Positions 10,117 to 21,005 of a stretch of DNA of 64,000 bases are shown here, piece by piece (the stretch's first letter is position 1; each line of letters opens with the position of its first letter). The DNA is from Opitutales bacterium (GTDB lineage: Bacteria; Verrucomicrobiota; Verrucomicrobiia; Opitutales; UBA2987). Location: positions 512,001 to 576,000 of the forward strand of contig CBDDEL010000014.1 in the NCBI GenBank assembly GCA_965226885.1. Direction: 5' to 3'. The position numbers and the translations under genes were made by a program. The notes below the pieces were generated by a model that worked only from the letters and a program-made list of their open reading frames with translations, did no database searches and was not told the DNA's origin.

Positions 10117-11248
10117 TACCAAATCTCATTAGGTATGATAATAAGTTATTTGGCAGAAGCGTTTGCTTGAATGTGCTGCCAGCCTCTGCCAACTAAAGAG
10201 AGGACTTTTTCAGTGTCCTCCCACCAGTCTTTGAGATGGGTTGCGACGACTTCTTCGAGTCGCTCAATGCTCGGCCACAGTTTGTTGGCCGTTTGATCCT
10301 GTATCATATCCCAAAGTCTTTCAATCGGGTTGAGTTCAGGACTATACGGCGGCAAATTCACGATATGTATGCCCGGGGAGACGTTGGGGTGCTCCGAGTC
10401 GTGCGGATGGAAGCCTGCCCCGTCCCATACAACCACATGTTCCTCCTCAGGATATTGCTTTTTGATCTGTTGGAGGAAAGCCTCCGTCCACTGTAGATTC
10501 GTGCTAGGGGTTTGGATGCATACCATCTCGCCGTTGACCACGTCGAGGGCTCCGTAACAGTAGCTCCACTGGTATCTTGTCTGATATTTTTTGTGCGGCC
10601 GAAGCCCTCTTTGCGTCCAGCACCGGCGGTACACCGGAAGCAAACCAAAACGGCTTTCATCGGCAAACCACACCCGAACCCGATTGCCTCGGGTGAGGGA
10701 AAGCTCCTGGAGGATCTTAAAAAAGTCTCGCTTGAACGCTTCCGCTTTTGCCGAGTCCCGTTTCTCATGCACGGGGCGAGGGACTCGAAGCACCCCGGCG
10801 CATTTTTTTAGCCATCGCCACACCGTCTTGTAGGCGAAGGAGCGCCCGAAATGTCGCTCCAGCTCTTGCCCCGCCTGAACGGCTGTGTTCCAGCGCGCGA
10901 CCTTCAAACCATTGAGCAAGAAGGCCTCCACCTCTTTGTCGCAACGGCTTTTGATCCCGCCTTTGTAGGCGCGTGTAAGCACCGCCCCGAGCCCTGCAGC
11001 ACGATATTTGTCAAACCAACGCTGGATCGTCGCTTTGCCTCGGCCCACGATGGCTCCAATTTCATCAATGCTGTGGTGCGGCTGGAAGCCCATTTTTAAT
11101 GCCACCAAACGCTCTTTACGCCAGCCGACAGCCTCTTTGTTGAGCAATTTCTTGATACGTTCACGGTCTTCATCGGTTCCCATATATCTTCTCATTCCGC
11201 CTTTATAGCTGTTTTTTAATCTTTATCAATCCTTTTGCGATTTGGTAT
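10117..11248 (-). mobile_element. IS630-family element type A, copy 1
   Basis: IR (A)TACCAAATC/GATTTGGTA(T), TA duplicated at 10115-16 and 11249-50. Confidence 0.93.
10146..11195 (-). CDS. IS630 transposase (type A)
   Basis: FADESRFG, VVWDGAGFH, LPPYSPELNPIERLW. Confidence 0.95.
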   Translation of the reverse strand: MRRYMGTDEDRERIKKLLNKEAVGWRKERLVALKMGFQPHHSIDEIGAIVGRGKATIQRWFDKYRAAGLGAVLTRAYKGGIKSRCDKEVEAFLLNGLKVARWNTAVQAGQELERHFGRSFAYKTVWRWLKKCAGVLRVPRPVHEKRDSAKAEAFKRDFFKILQELSLTRGNRVRVWFADESRFGLLPVYRRCWTQRGLRPHKKYQTRYQWSYCYGALDVVNGEMVCIQTPSTNLQWTEAFLQQIKKQYPEEEHVVVWDGAGFHPHDSEHPNVSPGIHIVNLPPYSPELNPIERLWDMIQDQTANKLWPSIERLEEVVATHLKDWWEDTEKVLSLVGRGWQHIQANASAK

Positions 11249-11888
11249 TATTCATGATTCATACACATCCACTAATAAACCCGACGAATTTATTCGTAAA
11301 AAAATCCTCGAACGTGGTGGAAAGAAGCCACATGCACTCATTCAATCTGTGGTTTGGCGCGATCCAAAAAGCGGAGAGGAATTCATAATTTCCGAAAGGG
11401 CCGTGGTCGGCAACGAAGTTGTCGTTAAAATAAAGCCTGGCGCTTCGCTGCAAGCTCTTGCCGATCATATTGAGGCACAAGGAGGCATTATTTTAGGTAT
11501 TGTGGGCTCCAGAAAAAAACATTGGGTTTCCTTTGAATATATTGGCCCCGACACAATATCTACCGCAATAAGTAAATTACGAAGTAGAAGTGATCTTGTA
11601 GAAGATATGTATCCAAATGATATTACGTTTGCTCATAGTCATATCCCTGGTCACTTGTCGAACGATCGTACATTCAATTCATTATCCGTATTCTATGAAG
11701 AGCAATGGGGCTTGGATAACACAGGGCAGGATGGTGGAACGAGCAATATCGATATAGATGCGGATGAGGCATGGGATATTGTGACAGATGCGATTGATGT
11801 GGATAATGATGACGTGTAAACGCCGGGGAAAAACCGGTACGGTAAAGAGGGCGCTTTAAAACCGGTACGCTTATCCTAGAAAGGAGGA

Positions 11889-13396
11889 GTGTATCGAGAT
11901 ATGAAGCAATGGACAAGAGTGCGGCACAAAGTGCTGCGGGACAAGCAGAGCAAGCGCTCTGTAATGCGAGAAGAGGGACTGCACTGGGAGACCCTGGGAA
12001 AGATGCTGGCCTATTCCCAGCCGCCGGGAGACCGGCGCAAGAAGAGGCGAGAGCGCAAGATCGATCCGTATGTGGGCTGGATCGAGGAGGTGCTCAAAGC
12101 GGACCGGAACGTGCCCAAGAAGCAGCGCCATACGGCCAAACGGATCTACCAGCGTTTGGGTCGGGAGAAGGGCTACCAAGGGGGCTACACGGCGGTCAAG
12201 GAGGTGGTGGCCGAGCTGCGAGCGAGGCGGCGGGAAGTGTTCGTGCCGCTGGAGCACCGCCCCGGGGAGGGACAGGTGGACTTCGGTCATGCCCTGGTGA
12301 AGGAGGCGGGGCAATTGCGTAGGCGGCCATTTTTTGCCATGAGCCTGCCCTACAGCGATGCCTTTTTCGTGCAGGTGTTCGAACGGGAGTGCACGGAGAG
12401 CTTCTGGGAGGGGCACCTGCGAGCTTTTGAGTTTTTCGGGGCGGTGCCCCGGCGCATCAGCTATGACAACTCGAAGGTGGCGGTGGGTAAGATTATCGGT
12501 TCGCGTGAACGCAAGCTGACCGACGGGTTTCTGCAGCTACAGAGCCATTACCTGTTCGAGGAACACTTCTGTCTGCCCGCCCGGCCCAACGAGAAGGGCG
12601 TGGTCGAGGGGATCGTGCGTTATGCCCGGGCCAACTTCCTGGTACCGGTACCGCAGGTTCGGGACCTGGAGGAACTCAACGCAAAGCTGTTGGAGGCATG
12701 TGAGCGGGACATGGAGCGTAAATTACGCGGGAAAAGGGCGGTGAAAAAGGAACTGCTGGCCGAGGAGCGCGCCGTCATGCTGGCGTTGCCGCCCATACCC
12801 TTTGAAGCGAGCCGCAAACGCTCGACCTGCGTCAGCAGCCTCTCGCTGGTGCGCTTCGAGTGCAACGACTATTCGGTGCCGGTGCGCTGCGCCCACCATC
12901 CGGTGGTGGTGGAAGGGTCCTGTCGGCAGGTGGTGATCTTCTGTGGGGGCCAAGAGGTGGCCCGGCACCGCCGCATTTGGGATAAAGAGCAAGTCTCTTT
13001 CGAGCCGGTGCACTACCTGGCTTTGCTGGAGAAAAAACCGGGCGCTTTGGACTTCGCCCGCCCACTCTCGGGCTGGCAGTTGCCGCAGTGCCTGCAGGTC
13101 CTCAGACGCCGGCTCGAAAGCCAATGCGGGGGCGAAGGCACCCGGGAGTATATCCGGGTGCTGCGGCTGTTGGAGAAACACCCCATGGCGGCCTTGCAGC
13201 AGGCCGTCGTCTCGGCCCTGCGGGTGGGGGGGGACTGACTCGTGAGGCCATCGCCCAGTATCTCTATCCTCAGGAAGACTACGGGAGCAGAACCTTCCGG
13301 CTGGACGGCCATCCACACCTGCGTCACGTCCGTGTGGCCGCCCCTGACCTCGGTGCCTACAGCGAACTGCTCAAGATTCCAGGAGGGGCTTTATGA
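11889..13396 (+). pseudogene. istA: IstA, frameshifted in G8 run (~13226-13233)
   Basis: ORF stops at 13238, C-terminus continues in another frame to 13396; G6 at this site in copy 1. Confidence 0.85.
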
Positions 13397-14160
13397 AGGA
13401 AGAAAAAAACCAGCTGCTGTTACACCATCACCTCAAGAAACTGAAGTTGCCCACCATCCTGCGCGAATGGCCGGCGGTGGCCGCGGCTTGTTCCCGGGAC
13501 CGGCTCGATTACGCCGCCTTTTTGTTGCATCTGGTCGAACGGGAGCTCATTGAACGCGAACAGCGGGCCGCCCAGCGGCGGATCAAAAACGCCCGTTTCC
13601 CCGTGCTCAAGACCCTCGAGAGCTTCGCCTTTGAAGCGCAGCCCTCGATCAACGAAGCGCTCATCCGAGAGCTCATGCGCGGGGAGTATGTCGACCAGCG
13701 CGAAAACGTGCTGCTCCTCGGTAACGCCGGTACCGGTAAAACGCACCTGGCCACCGCCCTGGGCTTTGCCGCCTGTGCCCAGGGCCGGCGGATCCGTTTC
13801 TTCGGGGTCACCGCCCTGGTTACCCATATGCTCGAGCAACGCGACAACCACGACCTGCAGCGCTTCATGAAGCAACTCGAAAGGCTCGACCTACTCATCC
13901 TCGACGAACTCGGTTACGTCCCTTTTTCCAAGACCGGTTCCGAACTGCTCTTCGACGTGGTCAGCCGCGCTTACGAGCGCACCAGTCTCATCGTCACCAC
14001 CAACCTGCCCTTTGAGAACTGGATCGAAGTGCTCGGTTCCGAACGGCTCACCGGAGCTCTGCTGGACCGACTCACCCATCGGGTGCATATCCTCGAAGCC
14101 AACGGGCAAAGCTACCGCTTGCGCGATGCTCGACGCCGTCGCCGTGGCACAAAACAATAA
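13393..14160 (+). CDS. istB: IstB ATPase
   Basis: Near-identical to 4284-5051. Confidence 0.95.
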   Translation: MKEEKNQLLLHHHLKKLKLPTILREWPAVAAACSRDRLDYAAFLLHLVERELIEREQRAAQRRIKNARFPVLKTLESFAFEAQPSINEALIRELMRGEYVDQRENVLLLGNAGTGKTHLATALGFAACAQGRRIRFFGVTALVTHMLEQRDNHDLQRFMKQLERLDLLILDELGYVPFSKTGSELLFDVVSRAYERTSLIVTTNLPFENWIEVLGSERLTGALLDRLTHRVHILEANGQSYRLRDARRRRRGTKQ

Positions 14161-14374
14161 ACGCCTTGGGCCCGGCTCGTCGGCCTCCGGCCTCCTCACC
14201 GACCCCAAGCCAATCCCCAAAACCAACTCCCAAACCCTAAACCTTGACGTACCTGCAATTACTAACCTAAACCTTATTCCAAGCGTACCGGTTTTACCCC
14301 GACCCCCGTACCGGTTTCATCCCGGCGTTTACAACTTGTGGGCGAGGCTATGATCTTTAATATTCGTTTTGATT

Positions 14375-14551
14375 CTACTCATAGGGGATGGCCTCCCTTA
14401 CCTCTAGGTCTGCTTCCCAATCGTCCACTGAAACCCGAAGGAAATCCCTGAAATCATTGACCGGTTCCCCTGTGTCGGTGGTCAGTCCTGAAAAGTCATA
14501 AATATCGACCTTTGCACCTCCTTTTTCCAGGGCTTCTACCCAACACTTGGC
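14375..14551 (-). pseudogene. C-terminal remnant, possibly of a Toprim/primase-like mobile-element protein
   Basis: Open frame AKCWVEALEKGGAKVDIYDFSGLTTDTGEPVNDFRDF...PYE*, overlapping the start of a next gene (ATG 14382) cut by IS21. Confidence 0.35.
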
Positions 14552-15352
14552 GGTAGTGTATTAAGTAGGAATGGTGGCTAATTCTTGATTATATTGATGA
14601 ATGAAAAGTCTCAGACAGGTTTCATGCATACTCTTAAGCTTGGAAAAGGAGAGGGTTTTGCGTGTGAAACGACCCAGTCGTTGGCGCAGGGTATTGTTCC
14701 ATCGTTCCACATGGGCCGTTTCACCGGTTTCTTTTCCCACGGATCGGTTATGAGGAAAGACTTCATCATAAGTGCTCCAAAAGTCGCTGTAGGTGGCACA
14801 TCTTTTGTAGGCCCGTGGCAGACGCTCGTAAAGTTCCCGGCAACGATACCAATCCCGAGGCCCAATGGCATAGGAGAGGATTTGACGGGTGCGTCGGCAA
14901 AGAGCGATCCAAACCCATTGGGCATCGCTCTTGCGCCCCACAAAAGACCACAGTTCGTCCAGTTCAATGACATCATGGCGGCGGGCCGCAAGAATCGTGC
15001 TTTTGAGCGGTCGCAGCGATTGTCGTTTTTTTTAACCAACTCAAAACGGTGTTGGGACTCACCCCGAAGGCGCGCTGTAAACCGCGTAGACTGCTGCGTT
15101 CCTGATAGACTCGAAGGATCATTTCTTTTTGCTCTTCGGTGTATTTCACTGTGGGGTTTTCGCGGCTTTGTTTACCACAATCATGGCAGCGGTAGCGCTG
15201 TTTATGGTTGGGCGTCTTGCCAAATTTAATGATATTTTCACTTCCACAGTGCCGACAATTAATAATTTTAGTAACCATGCACTAAGAATAAACTGCCTAA
15301 CGCTATTTGTACAGCTAAAAATACAGATAACATTCTTTTTTTATACACTACC
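14552..15352 (-). mobile_element. IS1-family element, copy 1 (insA 14973-15278, insB 14561-14941)
   Basis: IR GGTAGTGTAT; InsA zinc ribbon CRHC..CHDC; A-run frameshift site; InsB DELWSFV, HVERWNNTLRQRL. Confidence 0.95.
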
Positions 15353-15430
15353 CAATTACTAACCTAAACCTTATTCCAAGCGTACCGGTTTTACCCCGAC
15401 CCCCGTACCGGTTTCATCCCGGCGTTTACA
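15353..15430 (+). mobile_element. IS21 right-end remnant
   Basis: Matches the last 78 bp of IS21 copy 2 (to 14333). Confidence 0.9.
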
Positions 15431-15575
15431 CCCAGTCCAATTCGAGGAAAATATTTGCCCCCCATGGGGGGCAACGAGAAAACAAAACCCTTTACCAAAA
15501 CAAGCCGCCTGACACACTAATCAATAAACAATGAATATAAGAGAATCCCGTGTCCAACAAATCCAGTACACGTCA
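15431..15575 (+). mobile_element. IS3 right-end remnant
   Basis: Matches ~37036-37180. Confidence 0.9.
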
Positions 15576-15808
15576 CCTCCGAGTCGATCAGCAGCCGATC
15601 GATTCGATCAATGGTGGCGCGGAAGTTATCGTAATCGAGGCACCGGTCGACCACAGTTAAAGCTGGACGCAGGAGGCATTGGATGGCTATATTTTTCATA
15701 GAAAGGGCTATATTGATTTTCGCTAACTCAATTATAGAACCCTTTTTTGGCCGGATCGAGCAAAAACTTGCTCTTTCCGGCTCTTTTTATCAACGTCATC
15801 CAGTTGAC
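15576..15808 (-). mobile_element. Probable left end of a further IS (transposase N-terminus MKNIAIQCLLRPAL...)
   Basis: ORF start at 15699 cut by IS3; resembles verrucomicrobial transposase N-termini from memory; candidate end GTCAACTGGATGA. Confidence 0.4.
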
Positions 15809-16059
15809 TATAAAATCTTTATATTTTTGGGACAGCCTCTATTTATGGATTGGACCCGTTTGACATCTGGCTGTGGACTTCCGATATGGGGTTCTTGTGG
15901 ACGAGCGAAACGGCCTATCCCAAGATGTACCGCCAAAACGACGATTCCTGGATCCAGTATCATCGTGGCCTTTCTGATTGGAGTATTCCCAGGGAAACCG
16001 ATCGGGCCTTTTACAACTTCCGCACCAAGGAGTGGGAATTTCATCCGCCCGTGCGGTGA
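15809..16059 (+). pseudogene. Trp-rich C-terminal domain remnant of an Opitutales-type secreted protein
   Basis: WLWTSDMGFLWTSETAYPKMYRQNDDSW...FYNFRTKEW; 5' part replaced by the IS stack. Confidence 0.55.
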
Positions 16060-16076
16060 TTTTCTTCTTTTTAACT

Positions 16077-16601
16077 TTAAGGTTTTCTTTTTTCTCGGAC
16101 CTCTTTCCATTGGATACGGTGGCGGTTTTCCCCGATTATGGTGAAATGCAGGTGCAGGCAATTTTGGGGCAGGCGGTTACCCAAATTTTCCGGCCATTCG
16201 ATGGCTAGGAGGTAGGGGGTGACGAGGAAATCTTCTATTAACAGCTCGTCGTATTGGGTCTCATTATCCAGCCGGTAGGCGTCGAGGTGAAGGAGGTTCG
16301 TTTTCCCCTGGCCCCGGTAGAGATAGTAGATATTGTAGGTGGGGCTGGTAATGGTGTCGCTAATGCCCAAGGCACGGGCGAGGCCGCGAACGAAGGTGGT
16401 TTTTCCCGTGCCCAACTCGCCGTAGAGGGCGATTGCGCTGTCCGGCGGCAAGGTTGGGCAGAAGGATGCGGCAACGTCCTCCATTTCCTCGGCCGATCGG
16501 GTGACGATGCCGGCTCTCAGTTTTTCGATTTCCGGCCCATGTTTTTGGGAATACCGAAGAGTGGGTTTACCCCAGCCGGATTCTTGATCTTCTTCACTCA
16601 T
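16077..16601 (-). CDS. tsaE: tRNA threonylcarbamoyladenosine biosynthesis ATPase
   Basis: GELGTGKTTF, ITSPTY, HLDAYRL, IEWPE. Confidence 0.95.
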   Translation of the reverse strand: MSEEDQESGWGKPTLRYSQKHGPEIEKLRAGIVTRSAEEMEDVAASFCPTLPPDSAIALYGELGTGKTTFVRGLARALGISDTITSPTYNIYYLYRGQGKTNLLHLDAYRLDNETQYDELLIEDFLVTPYLLAIEWPENLGNRLPQNCLHLHFTIIGENRHRIQWKEVREKRKP

Positions 16602-16649
16602 TACAACGCAATGGGATACGATCGCTTTCTATGGCCTTAAATTGCCTGC

Positions 16650-18092
16650 TTAAAGTTCAGCGGAGCGAAGGACGAGCAACTTTTTGATTTGCATGTCGCT
16701 TATGGTGAAGGGAATCCCACCCACCCCCAGGCCCGATTCTCTGAGTCCGGCAAAGGGCATCCAGTCAACCCGGAAGGCAGTGTGGTCGTTAACCATGACT
16801 GCCGAGGCATCGAGCCGAGAATAGGCTTTCATGGCCAGATCGATGTTTTTGGTGAATACGGAGGCCTGGAAAGCAGTGGGTAGCCCGTTGGCCCGCCCAA
16901 TCGCTTCGTCGATATCGGCGTAGGGATAAATGCACACTACCGGGCCGAATACCTCTATTTGACTAACCGCAGTGCCCGGCGGGGGATCGTAAAGAACCGT
17001 GCAGGCATAACAGGTGTCGCTTATCCGCTCGCCGCCGCAAAGCAGTTCCGCTCCGTTCTCAACGGCTTCCGAGACCCAGGATTCCACCCGATCCACTTCC
17101 CTGGGACGAATCAGCGGACCTACCTCGGTTTCCTCTAAAGTCGGGTCGCCAATCTTCATGGATGCGGCTGTTTTCACCAGCCGATGGGCAACCTCTCTGG
17201 CGATGGATTGGTGGGCAAAGATGCGCTGAACCGATACGCAAACTTGCCCAGCATGGTAAAACCCGCCTTTGGCCAGAAGGGGGATGGCGTCGTCGAGATC
17301 GGCGTCCGCGGCCACTATAGCTGGGGCAACGCCACCGTGTTCGAGAGCGCAACGGGCGCCCGGAGCCAGTTTCGAGCGCAGCATCCAGCCCACTTTGGCG
17401 CTCCCGATGAAGGAAAAAAAGGCCACTCGCGAATCCGTCACCAACTGGGTGGCGGCCCCCAAGTCATCCGTCACGAACACCTGGCACCATTCATCCGGCA
17501 ATCCCGCTTCCCGCAAAATTTCCACAAACCTGATGCAGGAAAGAGGTGTGTCCTCGGCCGGTTTTACAATTACAGGGCAGCCCACTGCCACCGCCGGGCC
17601 CACTTGGTGCACAATCAAATTAGGCGGGTGGTTGAAGGCGCTGACCGCTACCACTACCCCGATTGGCTCATGCCTTGTTACGGCCAGGCGATGGGCTGAT
17701 GCTGCGTTCAACCGCATGGGGACTTCTTCGCCCGATTGGGTGCGCAAAAATTCAATGCATTCCTTAACACCATCGATGGCCCGGACCACTTCCACCCTGG
17801 AGTCGATGAGGGGCTTGCCTCCCTCACGGGCTGCCTGCAGGGCGAGGGATTCCGACTCGTTTTGCATGATGCGGGCCGTTTTTTCCAGTATTTCAATGCG
17901 TTGGGGCATGCTCAGCCAGGTATTCTTTTTCCGAAATAAATGATGGGCCGTTTCCAGGGCCAACTTGACGGCCTCACCACGCCCGGTTTCCACCTCTGCA
18001 ATGGCGGAACCGTCGAAGGGGGCGCTCACGACCAGGTTTTGGCCTTCGGGTTTCGCCCCGGGGATCATTAAGGGAAGGGTTTTCATGGTCAT
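16650..18092 (-). CDS. NAD(P)-dependent aldehyde dehydrogenase
   Basis: KPAEDTP, FIGS, LEHGG, AGQVCVS, EVFGP. Confidence 0.92.
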   Translation of the reverse strand: MTMKTLPLMIPGAKPEGQNLVVSAPFDGSAIAEVETGRGEAVKLALETAHHLFRKKNTWLSMPQRIEILEKTARIMQNESESLALQAAREGGKPLIDSRVEVVRAIDGVKECIEFLRTQSGEEVPMRLNAASAHRLAVTRHEPIGVVVAVSAFNHPPNLIVHQVGPAVAVGCPVIVKPAEDTPLSCIRFVEILREAGLPDEWCQVFVTDDLGAATQLVTDSRVAFFSFIGSAKVGWMLRSKLAPGARCALEHGGVAPAIVAADADLDDAIPLLAKGGFYHAGQVCVSVQRIFAHQSIAREVAHRLVKTAASMKIGDPTLEETEVGPLIRPREVDRVESWVSEAVENGAELLCGGERISDTCYACTVLYDPPPGTAVSQIEVFGPVVCIYPYADIDEAIGRANGLPTAFQASVFTKNIDLAMKAYSRLDASAVMVNDHTAFRVDWMPFAGLRESGLGVGGIPFTISDMQIKKLLVLRSAEL

Positions 18093-18099
18093 TCCGATA

Positions 18100-19748
18100 T
18101 TAGATCAATTTGCTTTTCTGGGCAATCTCCCGATTCAGAATCCGGTCGTTTTCGGAATAATCAACCGGGATATCGATCAAATGCACCCCCTCGGTTGAGA
18201 GGCAGGATTGCAGGGTAGTTAACAGTTCCTCGGCGCTGTTCACGCGGTGGCCGATTGCGCCGTAACTTTCGGCGTATTTGACGAAATCGGGGTTGCCGTA
18301 ATCGAGACCCCAGTTTTTGAAGCCCATATTGGCCTGCTTCCACTTGATCATGCCATAAGCGCTGTCGTTGAGGATGAGGACCAGATGAGGACCACGAGGT
18401 TCATTTTCAGCCGTATGGCGGTTTCCAATTCCTGGGAATTCATCATGAACCCCCCGTCCCCGCAGATGGCCTACCTTGCGGTCGGGGTAAACGAGGCGCG
18501 CTGCCATGGCCGAGGGGAGCCCGGTGCCCATGGTGGCGAGGGCATTGTCAAGCAAGACGGTGTTGGGCTGGCGGGCTCGGTAGTTGCGGGCAAACCAGAT
18601 TTTGTAAACACCGTTGTCGAGGGTGATGATGCCGTCATCGGGCATTACTTTGCGCACATCGGCTACCAGACGCTGCGGGTAAACCGGAAAGCGGTCGTCA
18701 TGGGCGCCTTCGCACATGTTTTTTGACATGGCTTCGGATACGCGCCGGTAGTAGGAAAAATCCCAGCACTCCTGAGGCGAAATCCGTTCATTGATTTCCC
18801 AAATGCTGTGAGCGATATCGCCCACAATTTCCACCTGCGGAAAATAGACCGGATCGACGGAAGCGGTGTTGAAATTAACATGAATCACCCTGGTGCCGCC
18901 TCTTTTCATAAAGAAGGGAGGCTTCTCCACCACGTCGTGCCCGATATTGATGATGAGGTCTGCCCGTTCGATGGCCCGGTGCATGAAATCGTTGGCGGAG
19001 AGCGCGGCGTTTCCCAAAAAGAGGGGGTGATCCTCGTTGTTGACGCCTTTTCCCATTTGAGTAGTAATAAAGGGAATACCCTGTTTTTCGATGAGGCGGT
19101 TTAACACCCTGCACGTTAGTTTGCGATTGGCCCCGGCTCCGATGACCAGCAATGGGTGTTTGCAGTTTTGTATCATTTCGACTGCTTTTTGGAGGGCTTT
19201 TTCTTCCCCCACCGGACGGCGCACGCTGCTTTTTTTCAGGGGAACGGCGTCGGTGCCCTCCGCCGTGATATCTTCGGGAAGTTCCAGGTGAACTGCGCCG
19301 GGGCGCTCCTCTTCAGCCAGCCGGAAGGCCTCGCGCACCCGGGGGGGATGTTGTCCCCACTGACAATTTGGCGGGTGTATTTTGTCAAAGGCCGCATCAT
19401 ATCGACGATGTCGACAATCTGAAACTGGCCCTGTTTACTGCTTTTGATCGGTTTCTGGCCCGTAATCATAAGCATCGGCATGGCGCCAAGTTGGGCGTAA
19501 GCGGCAGCCGTAACGAAATTGGTGGCGCCGGGGCCTAAGGTAGAAAGGCAGACACCGGCTTTGCCCGTCAGCCGTCCATAGGTGGCGGCCATGAATCCCG
19601 CTGCTTGTTCGTGACGTGTGAGGATGAACTTAATGGAGGATTCGCGAAGAGAGTTGAGGAAATCAAGATTTTCCTCCCCGGGAATTCCGAAAATAAATTC
19701 CACTTCTTCTTTTTCCAACGCCTCGATAAATAAATCAGATGCTTTCAT
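18100..19748 (-). pseudogene. Acetolactate synthase large subunit (TPP enzyme), frameshifted
   Basis: MKASDLF..FGIPGEEN..RHEQAAGF; frameshift at G-run ~19341; TPP motif GDGG out of frame between ~18470 and 18395. Confidence 0.88.
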
Positions 19749-19786
19749 GAGCTGCTTTAGTTTTAGGATTAAATTATTTCTCTGGA

Positions 19787-20938
19787 TCAGAGGAGTTCCA
19801 GGGCCGAATCGATTTCCGCTAAGGTGTTGTAATAGTGGGGGGAAAAACGGAGCCATTGGCGTCCTTTCAAATCGATTCTCAAAGATGTTTCGATTTTGGC
19901 CAGAGCGAGTTTTTTGTGCAGTTGGGCCATGTCGATATTCTCTTTGTGGATGGAGGTAATTCCCGACAGATGGTTCTCGTCGGAACAAGCCAGGGTGTAA
20001 TCTTTAAGCCGAACCATTTCCCGAATATGGCACGTATGGCCCAAAATGATTTCCGTTATCCTGGACAGGGTATATTGACGCAAGAGAGACAAACCGGCAT
20101 GGAAGCCGGCCTGTCCGAGATAGTTGTCGGTCCCTGCTTCATAACGCCGCGCCCCTACTTCGAATACTATTTCCTTAGGGGGAAGAAAATCGGGACACCG
20201 GACGTTATGCCAGCCCAGCAGTGTGGGCCGTAGTTGTTCCATTGCGTCTTTGCCGACATAAAACAACCCTGACGAGCAGGGGCCCAGGAGCCATTTGTGG
20301 CTGTCGGAAGCGAGAAAATCCACATGCTCCACCGTTGTCGGCAAGGCGCCCAATGTTTGAATGCCATCGACACAAAAGAGCGTCTTTCTGCCGTTCTCTT
20401 TCAACCATGACCCGATAGCCCTCAAATCGATTCGATACCCGCTTATATAGTGGGCGGAGGCCAAGGCCACCAGGCGGGTGTTGGAATCGACCAGTGGCTT
20501 TAGGGTGTCGATGGTGATTTTTCCCGGTTCCTCCGGCTCGACCGGTCTCAATTCGACGCCTTTTTCTGCCAGGTTCATCCAGACTACCGTATTGGAGGGG
20601 TAGTCGGCGCCATGATAAACGACATTATCGCCGGGTTTAAAAGTTAGGCCGTTGGCGACCAGGGAAAGCGAGACCGATGTGGGCCCGACCAGAGCCATTT
20701 CTTCGCGATCGCAATTGAGCAAATCCGCTCCCATTTGGCGAATTTCATCCGGCAGGGACTTCGGCATTCCTTTTTCCTGGTCGCACAAGGTGGTCATGAG
20801 GGCATATTCACTGATGGCTTCGGCAACGGACCTTGGCAGGGGACAGATGGCGGCATTGGCCAGATAAATGCGGCTTGAGCAGATGGGAAACTCACGCTGG
20901 CGCAGTGTTTCGTTATTATGCAAATCAGATAAGTTCAT
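19787..20938 (-). CDS. Class V PLP-dependent aminotransferase / cysteine desulfurase-like
   Basis: CVDGIQTLG, SDSHKWLLGP, RYEAGT, LRFSPHYYN. Confidence 0.88.
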   Translation of the reverse strand: MNLSDLHNNETLRQREFPICSSRIYLANAAICPLPRSVAEAISEYALMTTLCDQEKGMPKSLPDEIRQMGADLLNCDREEMALVGPTSVSLSLVANGLTFKPGDNVVYHGADYPSNTVVWMNLAEKGVELRPVEPEEPGKITIDTLKPLVDSNTRLVALASAHYISGYRIDLRAIGSWLKENGRKTLFCVDGIQTLGALPTTVEHVDFLASDSHKWLLGPCSSGLFYVGKDAMEQLRPTLLGWHNVRCPDFLPPKEIVFEVGARRYEAGTDNYLGQAGFHAGLSLLRQYTLSRITEIILGHTCHIREMVRLKDYTLACSDENHLSGITSIHKENIDMAQLHKKLALAKIETSLRIDLKGRQWLRFSPHYYNTLAEIDSALELL

Positions 20939-21005
20939 GCAGCGGGTGTCAGGAAGAGTCTATGTATCCAGCATCATGTATCAAGCATCTTGCACCCGGC
21001 AAAAT

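Larger units (their letters stand above)
9756..11814 (+). pseudogene. Secreted S8 (subtilase-like) peptidase N-terminal region; nonsense codon, IS630 insertion, truncated by IS21
   Basis: Removing the IS630 and one TA gives a continuous frame across TAG 10077-79; ends in ..QWGLDNTGQDGGTSNIDIDADEAWDIVT, the typical pre-catalytic subtilase segment. Confidence 0.75.
11815..14333 (+). mobile_element. IS21-family element, copy 2
   Basis: Same IRs and near-identical sequence to copy 1, opposite orientation; no TSD. Confidence 0.95.

Noticed and set aside
20961..20990. Imperfect gtatccagcatc repeats (also ~49931-49951)
   Set aside because: Too short and degenerate to assign a function
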